Part shown: in pieces, positions 1 to 13,760 of the stretch
Layout of the letters: each line of letters begins with the position of its first letter
How positions within the stretch are numbered: the first letter of the stretch is position 1
Source of the DNA: Rhina ancylostomus
Lineage: Eukaryota
Direction: 5' to 3'
Assembly (NCBI GenBank): GCA_030265395.1
Contig: JARFYF010000017.1
Coordinates: 22,767,566-22,831,565 of the forward strand
DNA length: 64,000 nucleotides
The notes under the pieces: generated by a model
The model's database searches: none
Seen by the model: the letters and a program-made list of their open reading frames with translations, nothing else
Told to the model about the DNA's origin: nothing
Made by a program: the position numbers and the translations under genes

Positions 1-55
1 TATCACAAAACAACAAATTTCATGACATATGTCAGTGATAATAAACCTGATTCTA
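1..55 (+). mobile_element. 3' tail of Rex1/L2-like LINE family
   Basis: CAAAACAACAAATTTCATGACATATGTCAGTGATAATAAACCTGATTCT, shared with the tails at 21040-21092 and 32410-32460. Confidence 0.8.
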
Positions 56-3000
56 ATCCACAATTCTCCTACTTTTATCCTAATTTACACTATCTCTTCA
101 TATAATACTGCTTAAAACCTGAGGATGTCTAACAACATTAAAGATACTGTTAAAAATGGAAGTTGTTTATGTTGATGTCTCAGTCTCAGCCCTCTATTTA
201 AGTCTTTACAACTTTGTCCATTTACAAACTTTTAGGCAGAATTATGACCTATCATAAAATAATTAAAGAATTCAATCAAATTACCAACCAATCAGCATGG
301 ATTCTTTTTTGAAAATATGCAAGTTATAGTTAGTTTGGCAAAATATACATTTTCTAATTACACTACACTCCTTATTTTGCTGGTGACTAATTCCTGATAG
401 ACAGAATTCTGATACCAATTGTTTCAAAGTTATTGTTATTTTGGTGAACTTATCTTGAGGATCACACAACATTCATCGAAACTAATTGATCTATTCTTTA
501 TCTACTTATTTGTTTACTTAATGAGTGTTTGTCTCACTGGCAAAACCACATCTTTTGATTGGTGTAGTCCTTATGAAGAAGATATTCCCACTGGTGTTGC
601 TGTTAAGGAAGGTTTAAATCCAGCAACCATGAAGGACCATCACCTGTGTGCAACTGTGAAAAAGAAACTGGGAGGGTGTATTGTTCAGGACTCACCTGAT
701 AGTCTTTGATTTAAGCAGAGAAAAATCAGTGAAGTTTTATTAATTGTGTACATGCCTTTTGATCCAGACAATGCCAATATAACTAGTAAAAATATCTATC
801 AAATGGAATCTAATTTCTGCAGTACTCTGATCATTAGTTAAATAATTTCATCTTTACTTCCATTTGTAATAAAAGAAAACATATTTCCAAACAACTTCTT
901 TCAGCTCAATAATATAATTCCTGAAATGTACTAATCGCAGAGTCATAGAGCACTGAAACGGTGCCTTGGCTCATCTTGTCCATGCCAACCATCATAAGTA
1001 CCCATCTATACTCATCCCGTTTACTTGGTCCATAGCCTTCTAGGTCTTGACAATTCAAGTGCTCATCCAGATGCTTTTTAATTGTTGAGTGTATCTGCCT
1101 CCACTGCCATCACTTTGCAAAAATTACAAAATTTGTCTTCATTGAACTACTCATTTATTTTACTGCTGAATGAAATGGAAACAATTTAAGCATATAATCT
1201 TACTTAAATTGTTGCAACAGGGCTAAAGAAAGTCCCAGAAAAATCCAGTTATTCTCCACTCAGTTAAATTTAAAAATAAATTCCACCATGAAATTGGTGA
1301 TTAAAACAAATTAATAATGTCAAAAATAATACAGAAACACAATAGTACTAACTTTAGACCCACAAGACAACCACAAACTTTCTAGCAATATTTCTCAGCA
1401 TAGGAGTGAGGCAATGCTTGCTGCTTCCTTGAAGCACAGGGATGAACCGCTACTCACAGAAGCAACCTGCCACTTTTACTCTCAACAAAGTCACACATCT
1501 TGAGTGTTAATTTCATTTTTTTTGGCTTTTATAGATTACAGTCCAAATTATTTATTCTACTTATTTTTCCCCCCCACTTTTTTTTATTGTTTTAATTTGA
1601 TCACTGGCACGTTAACAGCTGCATCTTCTGTTCATTTCACTGACACCCCATGCTACTGTGTTCTGTTCTTGAACCTACAGTACTGTACTGGGTGATATCT
1701 GAAGTCTGGGGCAAAGTAGCACTATTTAGTTGCACTTTTGATAGCATGAACATCTTGGGCCTGAGCTCTCCCTCACTTCAGGATTTTCTGACACTTGCTA
1801 CCATTTAGCCTGTATCAGCAGACTGACATTCAACTTGGACTTGCACCTTCATAAACATCTCTAAGGTAGGATTGCCACTAGTCACATGTTCCCTCTACCT
1901 CAACAGAAACATGGTATTCTAGTATGACTTTGATACAGGATGGCAATTTTTCCTTTGAGGCAACAAGGTTGGGGACAGGGCCAGGAATCTCCAGGCCAGC
2001 TCCAACACCAAATAAGCAATATCTTGTGATTTAAACCCACAGTCTACAGTGAACTTGGAAAACTTACACCAATTGATGACTAGGGTCATTTGTGTGGAGC
2101 AAAGCTGTGGCTGCATTCCAGAGATAGGAGAACATAGGATTCTTTATTATTATTGTTGTTGTATTTTCCCATGCCCTTTAAATAATCCATGCTCATCCTC
2201 ATATTGCAGACTTGACTTGCTTTACTCCCAGTCTACCTAAATATCACTCCTGCCCCACCCAGTGGTCAGTCACCAGGGCCTGACCCAATGTTCAGTCTGG
2301 AGAACAAAGCCAGGAAGAGTCTAGGGAGTAGGAGGTTTTGGGAAGCTGTGGAGACTGTCTGGATAGATTGACAATCAGGAGGGTTGTGGAGAGGCTGGAG
2401 ATCATGCAGACAATTGAGACTGNNNNNNNNNNTGGGGAGAAACGCCACGTTGGCTGTTTTGAGAAAGATGTGAAACTTCCACCTATGTTGCAAACATACT
2501 CGGGTGTAATGAGTGGCTCTCACTGCTTCATCTACCTTCCTCCACATGCACACATGTTTGGTGGCCCCAGCCTCCTTACCACAAAACACATATTCAACCA
2601 ACACCATGATTGCATTCAGTGGATAAATAGAGGAAATTCCCTTAAATTTGCCACATATTTTGTTGAACCAGCTTCCCAGGAAGACCTGATGTTGCCCCCT
2701 TAATTCAATAATGCTATTGCTCCTTTAAGCAAAGTAAGGTTTATATTTTGCTGTTGTCCAAGGCTTCTGGTTCTTTCACAAATATTTTTGGGCACACTGA
2801 AGACAAATATTGCCAATTTATAAAGCAACTTACATCTCCGCAGGATTTTGCAGTACCAACCCATAGAGATTAGAACCATGCACAAAATGCATTTTAGTTG
2901 CTGTTTTATTCTCACAGATGACAATTGACATGGACTTCTAATGACTGCAGCTGATAAATTGTCATATTGCAGCATGTTTATAAACATTGCTTAATGATTT

Positions 3001-3825
3001 GTAGTTTGAATGAATACTACTTTCCTTGATGGCATAAAGGGGAGCCCAAAAATTATGTTAAAGAAAGAATATTACCGAGAAAACATGGTTTCACCAGTGA
3101 GCTGAATTATTTTTTGCATATTGCAGGAGTCTCTAAGTGTCATCTAAGTCTGTGGTGATAAATTTTCCCACATAAAGATTATGTTAAAAACACAAATACC
3201 ATATCTCGTAGAAAAATTTCTACAAATTTCTTAAAATTTATTCATCACACCTACACATGGTATATAATCATTCGTACTTAAATTCCTACTCTTAACTTTG
3301 ATAGTCACANNNNNNNNNNNNNNNNNNNNNNNNNNNNNNNNNNNNNNNNNNNNNNNNNNNNNNNNNNNNNNNNNNNNNNNNNNNNNNNNNNNNNNNNNNN
3401 NNNNNNNNNNNNNNNNNNNNNNNNNNNNNNNNNNNNNNNNNNNNNNNNNNNNNNNNNNNNNNNNNNNNNNNNNNNNNNNNNNNNNNNNNNNNNNNNNNNN
3501 NNNNNNNNNNNNNNNNNNNNNNNNNNNNNNNNNNNNNNNNNNNNNNNNNNNNNNNNNNNNNNNNNNNNNNNNNNNNNNNNNNNNNNNNNNNNNNNNNNNN
3601 NNNNNNNNNNNNNNNNNNNNNNNNNNNNNNNNNNNNNNNNNNNNNNNNNNNNNNNNNNNNNNNNNNNNNNNNNNNNNNNNNNNNNNNNNNNNNNNNNNNN
3701 NNNNNNNNNNNNNNNNNNNNNNNNNNNNNNNNNNNNNNNNNNNNNNNNNNNNNNNNNNNNNNNNNNNNNNNNNNNNNNNNNNNNNNNNNNNNNNNNNNNN
3801 NNNNNNNNNNNNNNNNNNNNNNNNN

Positions 3826-3995
3826 TGTTGTCTTGTAGTAATAAGTTTTTACGGTATCGGTCTTTCTGTTTGAACACTTTTTCTCAAGGAGCGACATTGG
3901 GACAGAATTTTGTCTGCCGTGGTTATGAATTTAAAAGGCTACGTTATGTTCCCTGCAGATCCTGCTGTCAGCAAAACAGAGATCCCATTTTCAAG
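3826..3995 (+). CDS. SPG7: SPG7 exon 1, visible 3' part (mitochondrial targeting region); start codon presumably in N gap 3310-3825
   Basis: Open frame ...KFLRYRSFCLN...NRDPIFK, Arg/Lys-rich, ends at strong donor AAG|GTGAGT in phase 0, compatible with the next exon. Locally elevated CpG. Confidence 0.7.
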
Positions 3996-4650
3996 GTGAG
4001 TGATCATTATTTATCCTTGTTCTTGGAGAACATGGTAGGTTGATGTGTTTTTAAAATGTCAGTTTATTGATGAAAATCTGAAACAGCAGCTCTTTTTAAT
4101 ATTTATTTCTGCTATTTTCTGCTTAGTATTTCAAAATCAATATTGATGACCAGTTTTGTACGAGCTAAATAATAAGGCTGAATTTACGGTCGGTTTGAGC
4201 CCAACACAAATTTAAGTTATGTAAATATTAAAGTTAGAATTGGATGATTCAAGAATTGTGATTTGGCCCAACCAGTAGCGACTTTCTTTACATGAACCAG
4301 AAACTTAAAAGTAATTTGTTTGAAATGTCGACCATCCCTTTGCTGCTCGACCCGCTGAATTCTTCCAACAGTTTTTTTTACTTTGTTTGCTCCTTGTGCA
4401 CGATAGTGTCATTGTTCTTAACTGCAAGCCTGATTTTATTTAATTCCACAATATGCTTATACAATCAATTCTGGTTCTGCGTTTAATTTCTTAAAGGCCT
4501 TTTAGACGCACAGTTAAACGTACATCCAATATTTAGTGAGTGTCGAAGCACGCGCACACACTAGATTGAAAATCAACAAAAAAAATTGTGAAAGCTGGAC
4601 ACTTAGGTTTTCTTTTAGAAAAACAGAAAATGCTGAAAATATTCAGGAGT

Positions 4651-5492
4651 TCAGAATCAGATTTGTTATCACTGATGTATGATGTGAAATTTGTTGCTTT
4701 GCAGTAGCAATACAGTGCAAAGACAAACTATTTTTGTAACTTATAAATTTAAAAAAAGGAATAATGAGATTGTGTTCATGGGTCATTCAGAAATCTGATG
4801 GCGGAGGGGAAGAAGCTGATCCTGAATGATTGAGGTTGGGTCTTCAGGCTCCTGTATCTCCTCTGTGATGGTAGTAAAGAGGGCATGTGCTGGATGGTGA
4901 GGGTCCGTAATGATGCCTGCTGCCTTCTTAAGGCACCACCTCTTGAAGATGTCCTCTGGTGGGTAGAGTTGTGCCTGTGATAAAGCTGGCTGAGTCTACA
5001 ACCCTCTGCAGCCTCTTTCAATCCTGCACATTGGAACCTTTAAACCAGGCTGTGATGCAATCAGTCAGAATGCTTTCCACCATACAGATGTAGAAATTTT
5101 TAAGAGTCTTTGGTGACTTTTTCGTGATTGCATCAATGTGTTGGGCCCAGGATAGATCCTGAGAGATGTTGACGCCCAGGAACTTGAAGCTGCTCACCCT
5201 TTCCACTGCTGACCCCTCAATGAGGGCTGGTGTGTGTTTTCCCGACTTCCCCTTCCTGAAGTCCACAATCAGTTCCTTGGTCTTGTTGATGTTAAGTGTG
5301 AGGTTGTTGTTGCAACACCACTCAACCAGCCGATCTTTCTCACTCCTGTACGCCTCCTCATTGCCAATGGAAATTCTACCAACAACAGTGGTGTTATTGG
5401 CAAATTTCCAGATTGTGTTTGAGCTGTGCTTAGCCACACAGTCATGAGTGTAGAGATTAGAGCAGTGGGCTAAGCACTCATCCTTGAGGTGC
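4651..5492 (-). mobile_element. 5'-truncated non-LTR retrotransposon (Rex1/Babar-L2 type RT)
   Basis: Minus-strand ORFs with KFANNTTVVG (decayed FADD), WC..NNLTLNINKTKELIVDFRK, FKFLGV and SFFPSAIR, plus the family 3' tail. Confidence 0.9.
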
Positions 5493-5494
5493 AA

Positions 5495-5695
5495 AATAAA
5501 AAGAAAACTGAATGCTGAATATCTAAAACAGAAGCAGAAAAAGCTAGAAATATTCAGTGGATCAGGCCACATCCATGGGAAGAGAAACAGAGTTAATGTT
5601 TCAGATCAGAGACCTGAAACATTGAATCTTTTTCTCTTCCTGCGGGTGCTGCCTTATCTTCTGAGCATTTCCAGCATTTTATTGTTTTTATTGTA
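5495..5695. repeat. palindromic (foldback) Penelope-like terminal-repeat element
   Basis: Left arm AAGCTAGAAATATTCAG..GAGAAACAGAGTTAATGTTTCAGATC mirrors right arm GACCTGAAACATTGAATCTTTTTCTC..CTGAGCATTTCCAGCATTTT. Confidence 0.7.
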
Positions 5696-6208
5696 ATACA
5701 TGGTATAGGTANNNNNNNNNNNNNNNNNNNNNNNNNNNNNNNNNNNNNNNNNNNNNNNNNNGTTAATGTGGGACTTTGGTGTGTCCAAATTTATTGCTGT
5801 GATCATACATTTCTGAAAAGAATCAGATGCTCACAGCACAGTCAGTCTACGATTTGCCTGATTCTCCTGAAGTTGTTAAATGTGAGGCCAGTACTTCAGG
5901 TAGCAGTGATGTTTCCCTTCAGCTGTGATCCCTCAGACCAATTGTAATCCAGTTTTTCAAATGTGCTGGATTTTATTATTGCAAATTCATGTTATCTTGC
6001 TCTACTCTAGTACCTCATAATGGTATGTTTTTAAAGAGGAATTCAGCAACTTGTGCAGGTATGGCAAAGTAATTCTGCCATCTAGAAAAATAGATTCTGT
6101 AATTTTCCTGTTGATAAACATGTAATTTCCATGAGAAAAAAATAATATGAAAAATCTTAATGTACGTGAAAATGCATTTGTTTTGTGTTTTCCTGCTTAT
6201 TTTCACAG

Positions 6209-6311
6209 AGCTTCTTGTCTTGCCCACTAACTCATCATTTCCAAGGATTTAATAGAATACAGATTTTAAGGCAGTTGACACAAGACCCAACAAAGATTTT
6301 CCAGTTTTTAG
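6209..6311 (+). CDS. SPG7: SPG7 exon 2 (103 nt)
   Basis: ttttcacag| SFLSCPLTHHFQGFNRIQILRQLTQDPTKIFQFL(G) |gtgggt. Length and 0/1 phases match human exon 2 as recalled. Confidence 0.8.
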
Positions 6312-6395
6312 GTGGGTGAGAAAGATTTTCAGGTGTTTATTGTGCTTGGAGAGATGTTTCTCATCGTTATAAAATTAAAATATTCTTTTTCGTAG

Positions 6396-6485
6396 GTGGC
6401 ATGTACCACTTCAACACATCAAAATCATCTCGAGATCAAAAACAGAATGAGAAATCCAAAGGGAGAAGCTCTGAAGAGGATGAAG
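6396..6485 (+). CDS. SPG7: SPG7 exon 3 (90 nt)
   Basis: tttttcgtag| GMYHFNTSKSSRDQKQNEKSKGRSSEEDE |gtattt. FNTS...KSKG..EEDE resembles paraplegin. Confidence 0.9.
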
Positions 6486-7388
6486 GTATTTGAATATTTG
6501 GCTTATTTTCACAAATGACTACTTTTTTTGAAGATAACAATAAGAAATCTCTAACGTGCTTTGTAGAAAAGTACAAAGAAAACTATTTCTGGACCAGAAA
6601 TGGAGAAATAATAGAAAGAATGGTGAGGTAATTGTATTTTGTAATTTAGAAAAACGGGTGGGTTTGGATGGAAACATTCTTGAATTTATTTAGCACTTTT
6701 CATGGTCTTGGGACATTCCATAGCAAATTAGACAGCAAAACATATTTGAAGGGTAGTCGCTGTTGTATTATAGGATTTCAGATATGTAGGGTTCCAAGAA
6801 CCTGGGTGATAAATCTTTGCAGCCATTGATAGGATTGAGAGGAAATTGTGCAATGAATTGGACGCTGTAATGAATTGATATGTATGAATGGGATGCAAGA
6901 CAAGTTTTTCACTGTACCTCAGTACGTATGACAATAATAAACCAATTTATCAAAAGGTGAGACCCGAGTCAAATAGTGTGGCTGGGAGGGATAACGAACA
7001 TGTATCTGGACAAGGTGGCAGAGGTCCAGAATCTGACACTGGAAGTGTGAGGAAATGAAATTCTTTCCTTCACCTTTCTAATTTAGAGCAACAGAAGGCT
7101 TTAAGCCAGAGTAACTCAGCAAGGATAGGTGAGCTCCATGTGTAAAGTTTAGTATGGTATAATGAAAACTGTTATGGATGAAAATTCTTTCAATAATATA
7201 GATTTTATTTCAGTACGAGTCAATATATCTTTCATGTATTGAAATAGCTCAACTTTGTTTTCATTCTATACTAGTCAAAATGTTGTAATAATGCACATTC
7301 TGTTGTCAATACGGAACTTAATGAACTGGGAACAAGTAATCTTCTCCTTCCATCCTCCCTCCCTCCTGTTTCATTTCTAGTTCCATAG

Positions 7389-7621
<233 letters not shown>

Positions 7622-9380
7622 NNNNNNNNNNNNNNNNNNNNNNNNNNNNNNNNNNNNNNNNNNNNNNNNNNNNNNNNNNNNNNNNNNNNNNNNNNNNNNN
7701 NNNNNNNNNNNNNNNNNNNNNNNNNNNNNNNNNNNNNNNNNNNNNNNNNNNNNNNNNNNNNNNNNNNNNNNNNNNNNNNNNNNNNNNNNNNNNNNNNNNN
7801 NNNNNNNNNNNNNNNNNNNNNNNNNNNNNNNNNNNNNNNNNNNNNNNNNNNNNNNNNNNNNNNNNNNNNNNNNNNNNNNNNNNNNNNNNNNNNNNNNNNN
7901 NNNNAATATTTTCTTGGTAAGGGACTTTAGTGAAATCAGTGAGAAAAATCTTACTGCATTGCTGCTTACATGAGATGTACACAGGGAGTTTATCGTACAA
8001 GTATTACACAATACATCTGCCTTTTATGTTGAATTTAGTTAGGTGCAAGAATGCAAAATAATACTCTGAGGCTGGCATGAGAAAGATCTTTATGAATAAG
8101 TTCAAAATCTGCTTTGATGTTTCTATTATTTAAATGGTGCCTCAAAATAAGTGTGTAATCTTCAGCACTGGCATTGCATTATGTCATTTCCAGTAATTCT
8201 GCATATGAATGTTGCTTAAACTCAACTGAACTACCTACTTGCATTAAAACTCTAATAACCTGGCACCCTTGGGACATTGGTGATGTTGATTGGCAGATTT
8301 GCTGGATGTTATTCCTATTAATAACCCAAGACCTTCTATGATTTTTTTTCAGATGTTACACAGTAATAGATTTTTTTTAGTGAACCAGGTGTAAAGGGTA
8401 CAAACCCAGTGAGCTCGATGCCAAACTGTCAGAATTTCTGAACAATCAAATAGTAGCTTATCAGAGTTTCAGAATACTGTGGACAATATGGAATTTAGAC
8501 CAAGTATCCTTTGACAAGTGACTCTGCCCCTTCCCCACCCAATGCTTTAAAGCCTTTCCATTATTTATGAAGTACAAGCCAAGAATGTGTTGAGGGGTTC
8601 CCAATTTCCCTAGATGGGCACAGATGTAGTAACACTCAAAAAGCTCGATACTACCTAGAACAAAGTACACCACTTAAATGGAATGTTGTCTATATTATTC
8701 GCTCCCTTCTTCACTTGCATCACAGCAGTTGTGTAAACCATTTACAAGTGCACTGTAGTTGTTCACCTACCCTGCTCCAACAGTTTTTTCGCAACCCATG
8801 ACCATTATTATCAGGCAGTTTCAAGGGTAGCAGCACCTCTCAAATCTCAAACACCCTGACCTGATAAAAGACCATTACTCTGACTTCAAGTTTAAATCCT
8901 GGAACTTTTCAACAACATGGTGAGGAATACTGCCATCAGAAGGACTGCAGCAGTTCAAGATGGTGGTTCACCATCACCTTCTCTAGGGCAGTTAGGAAAA
9001 GTCAACAAATGATAGCTGGATACTAGAAATTAACTAAAAGTAAGGGTTTGAATATTTCTTGGCAGTGAGACAAGGTGAGACAGACATTAAAATGGTTTCT
9101 TCCACTTCATTTTTGTTTTGAAGGCCATTCAAAGTATTTGGAGAAACTAAATTGCTTACTGAAATTATCTGTGCAGTACTTGTACTTCAGTTTAGAATCA
9201 TTCATAATAATGACCAGGAAATTACTTGTGTCCACAGGCATCTCTCATCCACTTCTGGATGCTAAATTATATACTACTTGGCTACATTTCCAGATTTTTC
9301 TAGTTGAGGGTTGATGTTGAGTGACTGAATAAGTGATTTTACCCAAATATTTTATTTGACCTTTTCACTTTTATTTATAG

Positions 9381-9521
<141 letters not shown>

Positions 9522-10264
9522 TGAGTTTATCTTTTATTGTTGAGGGTTATTTGGCTCTGGGGGTGGGGAGATAAAATGTAACAATTCCCAGGGTGTAAGT
9601 AGAAATTTACAGAAACATTGACACAATCAGTCACAAGTTCATGATGTGCCTGTGGTAAAGAAAGAAGACATGTATTTCAGAAGTAAGGAAAAAGAAATTT
9701 CAAGTGATTCATGTTTTTAGATGTTGCTACTTTGAAAATAGGATTCTGAACTTGAAGTTCTGCATGTTACACATTGAACTAAATTTTACTTTGATCTCAT
9801 CAGGCTTTTCCATCAGTTTTACAAATGCATCTTTTGCTATGAGAATCAGATTCAGTATGGTTAAATGGGAATTTAAATGTATCTGGGCTTGACATTTGTT
9901 GCTGAACTAAAGAAAATGGTATTTGGGTATTTTTCACTAGATGTAGTTTAACAATCATGCCCTTGAAACTGCTAGCAGTTTGTGCATTGATCCCTTGTGT
10001 ATTGTGCATGTCAGGTTATTGATTTTAATGAGGAAGGCAGAGAGATTTAGTGAATCAAAATGGGGGATAAAAGGAAACCTGTTACTTCCGGTGGAAACAT
10101 TGAGCCAGATCTTAGAATTGTAATACAGAACAGTTTGATGTTTTAAGAGTAAATTGTACTTGTTTTATTGACAGAAAGTTAAGGATACAAATGAATCCAA
10201 AAAAGTGGCATTAAATTGCCAGAAAAAGTAGCAGGCTGGAAAATTCAGCAAAAATAATCATAGC

Positions 10265-10525
10265 GATTGATTAAGAGAGTGTGGGAAGATATTTAGGGCA
10301 TCACAGAGGTTGGTGAACCTGTGAAAATCAACTACAGAAAACAGGAAGGCCAAGTTGCTAAATGTATTTAAGAAGGAGATGGGTAGATTTCTCGACACAA
10401 AGGATATCAAGGCATGAGAGGAAAGAACAAGAATATGATATTTACATAGAGGATCAGCCATGACTAAATGTCAAAGAAGGCACCAAGGATCAGTTGGCGA
10501 CCTTCTGCTATTTTTCTATATTTCT
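10265..10525 (+). mobile_element. CR1 LINE 3' end
   Basis: CACAGAGGTTGGTGAACCTGTG...GATCAGCCATGA...CCTTCTGCTA, similar to 29985-30185. Confidence 0.65.
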
Positions 10526-10615
10526 AAAGAATTTCAATAGAATTGAGATGTCATGCTTGTAATGGAAATTGCTTCAGGCCTGATTTTAGTCAAAATGTAA
10601 TTAATGAACTCATAA

Positions 10616-10876
<261 letters not shown>

Positions 10877-11700
10877 TAAATTCCACATTAATTAAGATGC
10901 AGTAGTGATTGCAGCCATATTTTTTATAAATGTCATTTATGTGTTCTGAAGTTGGTTTGGATGTTTTGGTCAATCTGCCACAATCCTTGGGGGAAAGCAT
11001 GTTGGAATTTTACTCTTGAAAGTAAGGGAGGGAAATCCAGTACAGTATTTCTTGATGCCCAACCTGAAACTCATCTGGTTGCTATACAAATGTAAATTCT
11101 ACAGTTTGCTTCAAGGATTTAAATCTCTTTTGGTTTTGGTCTTCATTTAGCTGTGAGCATTTTTTAAATGCACTTTGAAAATTACTTTCCTTATTATTCT
11201 GTCCCTTCATCCACAGTACACATTTTCTGTTGGACAAGCCAGATATAACTTGTTCATTTCTTTTTAACTTCAAGATGTCTAGATTCTCCCTTCCACCCCA
11301 ACCACCACCCCAGCAATTTTGATGGTAGTTTCATTTCTTGCTCCATTTTATAATTCTGGGATTTAAACTGTTGCTTATTGAGATGTTCAAGATGTAAAAT
11401 TTATCTAACTCTTACATTGTTAATGTTATCAAAATTCCTTCTTATTTGTGAGAGCAGATGGTGTATTATGCTAAAATATCAAATTTTCACTATGCACTCT
11501 TGTACTTCTTGATATGCTCTTGTATTTCAAAAATAAAATCAGCTACAGTTTACAATAGTAGATTTTCAAAAACAATTGTAGAGAACCAAAAGTGATAGTG
11601 AAGAAGGGAAAAGTTGTCCAGTGCTAATAAATCTTCTACGGTGTAGAACTATACAGTTTTTTACCCCCGATTCATGTTACATTTTATGCTACGTACCTAG

Positions 11701-11904
<204 letters not shown>

Positions 11905-13434
11905 TAAGCCAAGAACAAGCCTTTCAAGGTGTAGCTAAAGTCGTAATTGCCCCTGAAATTCCCAATGATGCAATTGCCCATTGCCAGCCACATTAATGGA
12001 TGAGACAATCAAGGGAGTTGGGAGTTATATTTTGAAATATCATAAAAGTAGGTAACAATGTTTCATGATGCTATATTTTTGGCCAAATGCATACAATCAG
12101 TTAAAAATAGCTCATTATTCTGGATGGAAAATTGAGAAAGAGGTAAGCAGTAAATGCAGAACCTCACATGGAGGAACTTGTCATTTTGAGCTATTCCTTA
12201 AAAAGTGGAATTTGCAGATTGGAAGTAGTTTTTCGGCCTCTAATTCCAGAGTCAGTGAATTATGTAGACTTGAAGAATTGGGTGACTGATAAGATGATAC
12301 AAATGAAAAACTTTCTATGAATGGCACAAGAGACTGAGCTGTGTTGTCCTCATCATTGATCAGTGACAACTTAAGCAACCTCCAAAAATGAAACTGAATT
12401 ACTAGGTGGGATTTCTCGAAAAAGCCATGTGTTAAGATGCTACTTATTGCTGTTTTGGGGATGCATTGCTCAGTTGTGCCTTGTCTTTGACCAACTGATG
12501 GAAGATATAGAGACCTATCTCATTGTCTGTTTCATATATTGCTCTGCTGATTGTGGTCTTAAAGAATATTGTGGAAGGGAATATAAAAATTAGATTGCTT
12601 CATGGAGGTCATTATGTAATGAGTCAAAATCTTCTGGAATGATTCTGTCAGTGAAAAGCACAGTTCAAACTGCTGTAATTGTATCTTCAGTACAACTTTT
12701 CAAATTGAAAGCTAGTTAAAATCAATTGGGCATGTGCTACAAGCTTTTAAATAACTGGTCTGGCTATAACTGGGTCAAAGTGTGTGTGTGTATTCCATTA
12801 ATTTTTTTACTAAGTATGTTAACTTGGAAAGAAAGGTTGTGTGGGACTGCAGTGAAGTGATGTGGAACCTTAAAAGCAACATCAATATGATCAAATTATT
12901 GCTTAAGAATAAAATTCTTCATTGTAGTGATGATTCGTTANNNNNNNNNNNNNNNNNNNNNNNNNNNNNNNNNNNNNNNNNNNNNNNNNNNNNNNNNNNN
13001 NNNNNNNNNNNNNNNNNNNNNNNNNNNNNNNNNNNNNNNNNNNNNNNNNNNNNNNNNNNNNNNNNNNNNNNNNNNNNNNNNNNNNNNNNNNNNNNNNNNN
13101 NNNNNNNNNNNNNNNNNNNNNAGATTTACAAATTTCTTTATATGAAGTTTTTTTTTTACTGAAATCTTTTCATGAACAATGTTCATTCCCAAGGAAAATA
13201 TGCTTGTTTGTATGATATTAACATTAACTCCATGACATTTGACCTTGACAAAGATGTGCTTTAACTTAATCAGTTTAATGTCAATCAGCTTGTCAGTTTC
13301 TGTGGAAAGTTTTATTTGTTTAATTGAACTGTCCTTTTTAGTGTTTCAACTTGTGATGTAAATATATCCTATTTAAAATGTAGGTGCCTTCCTTCAGAAT
13401 GCTTTCCAGCCTCCACTTTTTGGAAAGTAACATT

Positions 13435-13760
13435 CACGAGGTCCTGATGCAGGACCTCAAACCGAAATGTCAACTATTCCTTTGCCTCCATAGATGCTGT
13501 TCTACCTACTTGAGTTTCTCCAGCAATCTCTGTCTCTTCTCTTCCTTTGGTTTAGGATAACGGTCCTCGTGGACCTGGAGAGGCAAAAGACTGCAAATGC
13601 TGGAATCTGGAGCACCAAACAAGTCACTGAGGGAACTCAGTGGGTCAGGTGGTCCAGATGAAGGGTCTCAGCCCAAAACGTTGAATGTCCATTTCCCTCC
13701 ATGAATGCTGCCTGACCCACTGAGGTCCTCCTGCATCTTGCTTGTAGTTCTTGTAGACAC
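13435..13760 (+). mobile_element. two adjacent Penelope-like terminal-repeat fragments with decayed hammerhead cores
   Basis: GGTC-CTGATGC-AGG..CC-GAAATGTC at 13440 and GGTC-CAGATGA-AGGGTCTCAGCCC-AAAACGTT at 13651. Perfect 14-bp inverted repeat at 13636-13649/13711-13724. Confidence 0.65.

Noticed and set aside
3292-3897. Long ORFs spanning N runs (also 7377-8011, 12782-13192, 33730-34031, 51378-52348)
   Set aside because: Artefacts of translating assembly gaps as X.
5018-5572. RT-like ORFs as host genes or active retroelements (also 20251-20955)
   Set aside because: 5'-truncated and frameshifted, with catalytic FADD mutated to FANN/FAND; dead LINE copies.
6011-6058. 48-nt AG...GT segment before SPG7 exon 2 as an extra coding exon
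   Set aside because: In-frame TAA in phase 0, and exon 1 joins exon 2 cleanly; no other support.
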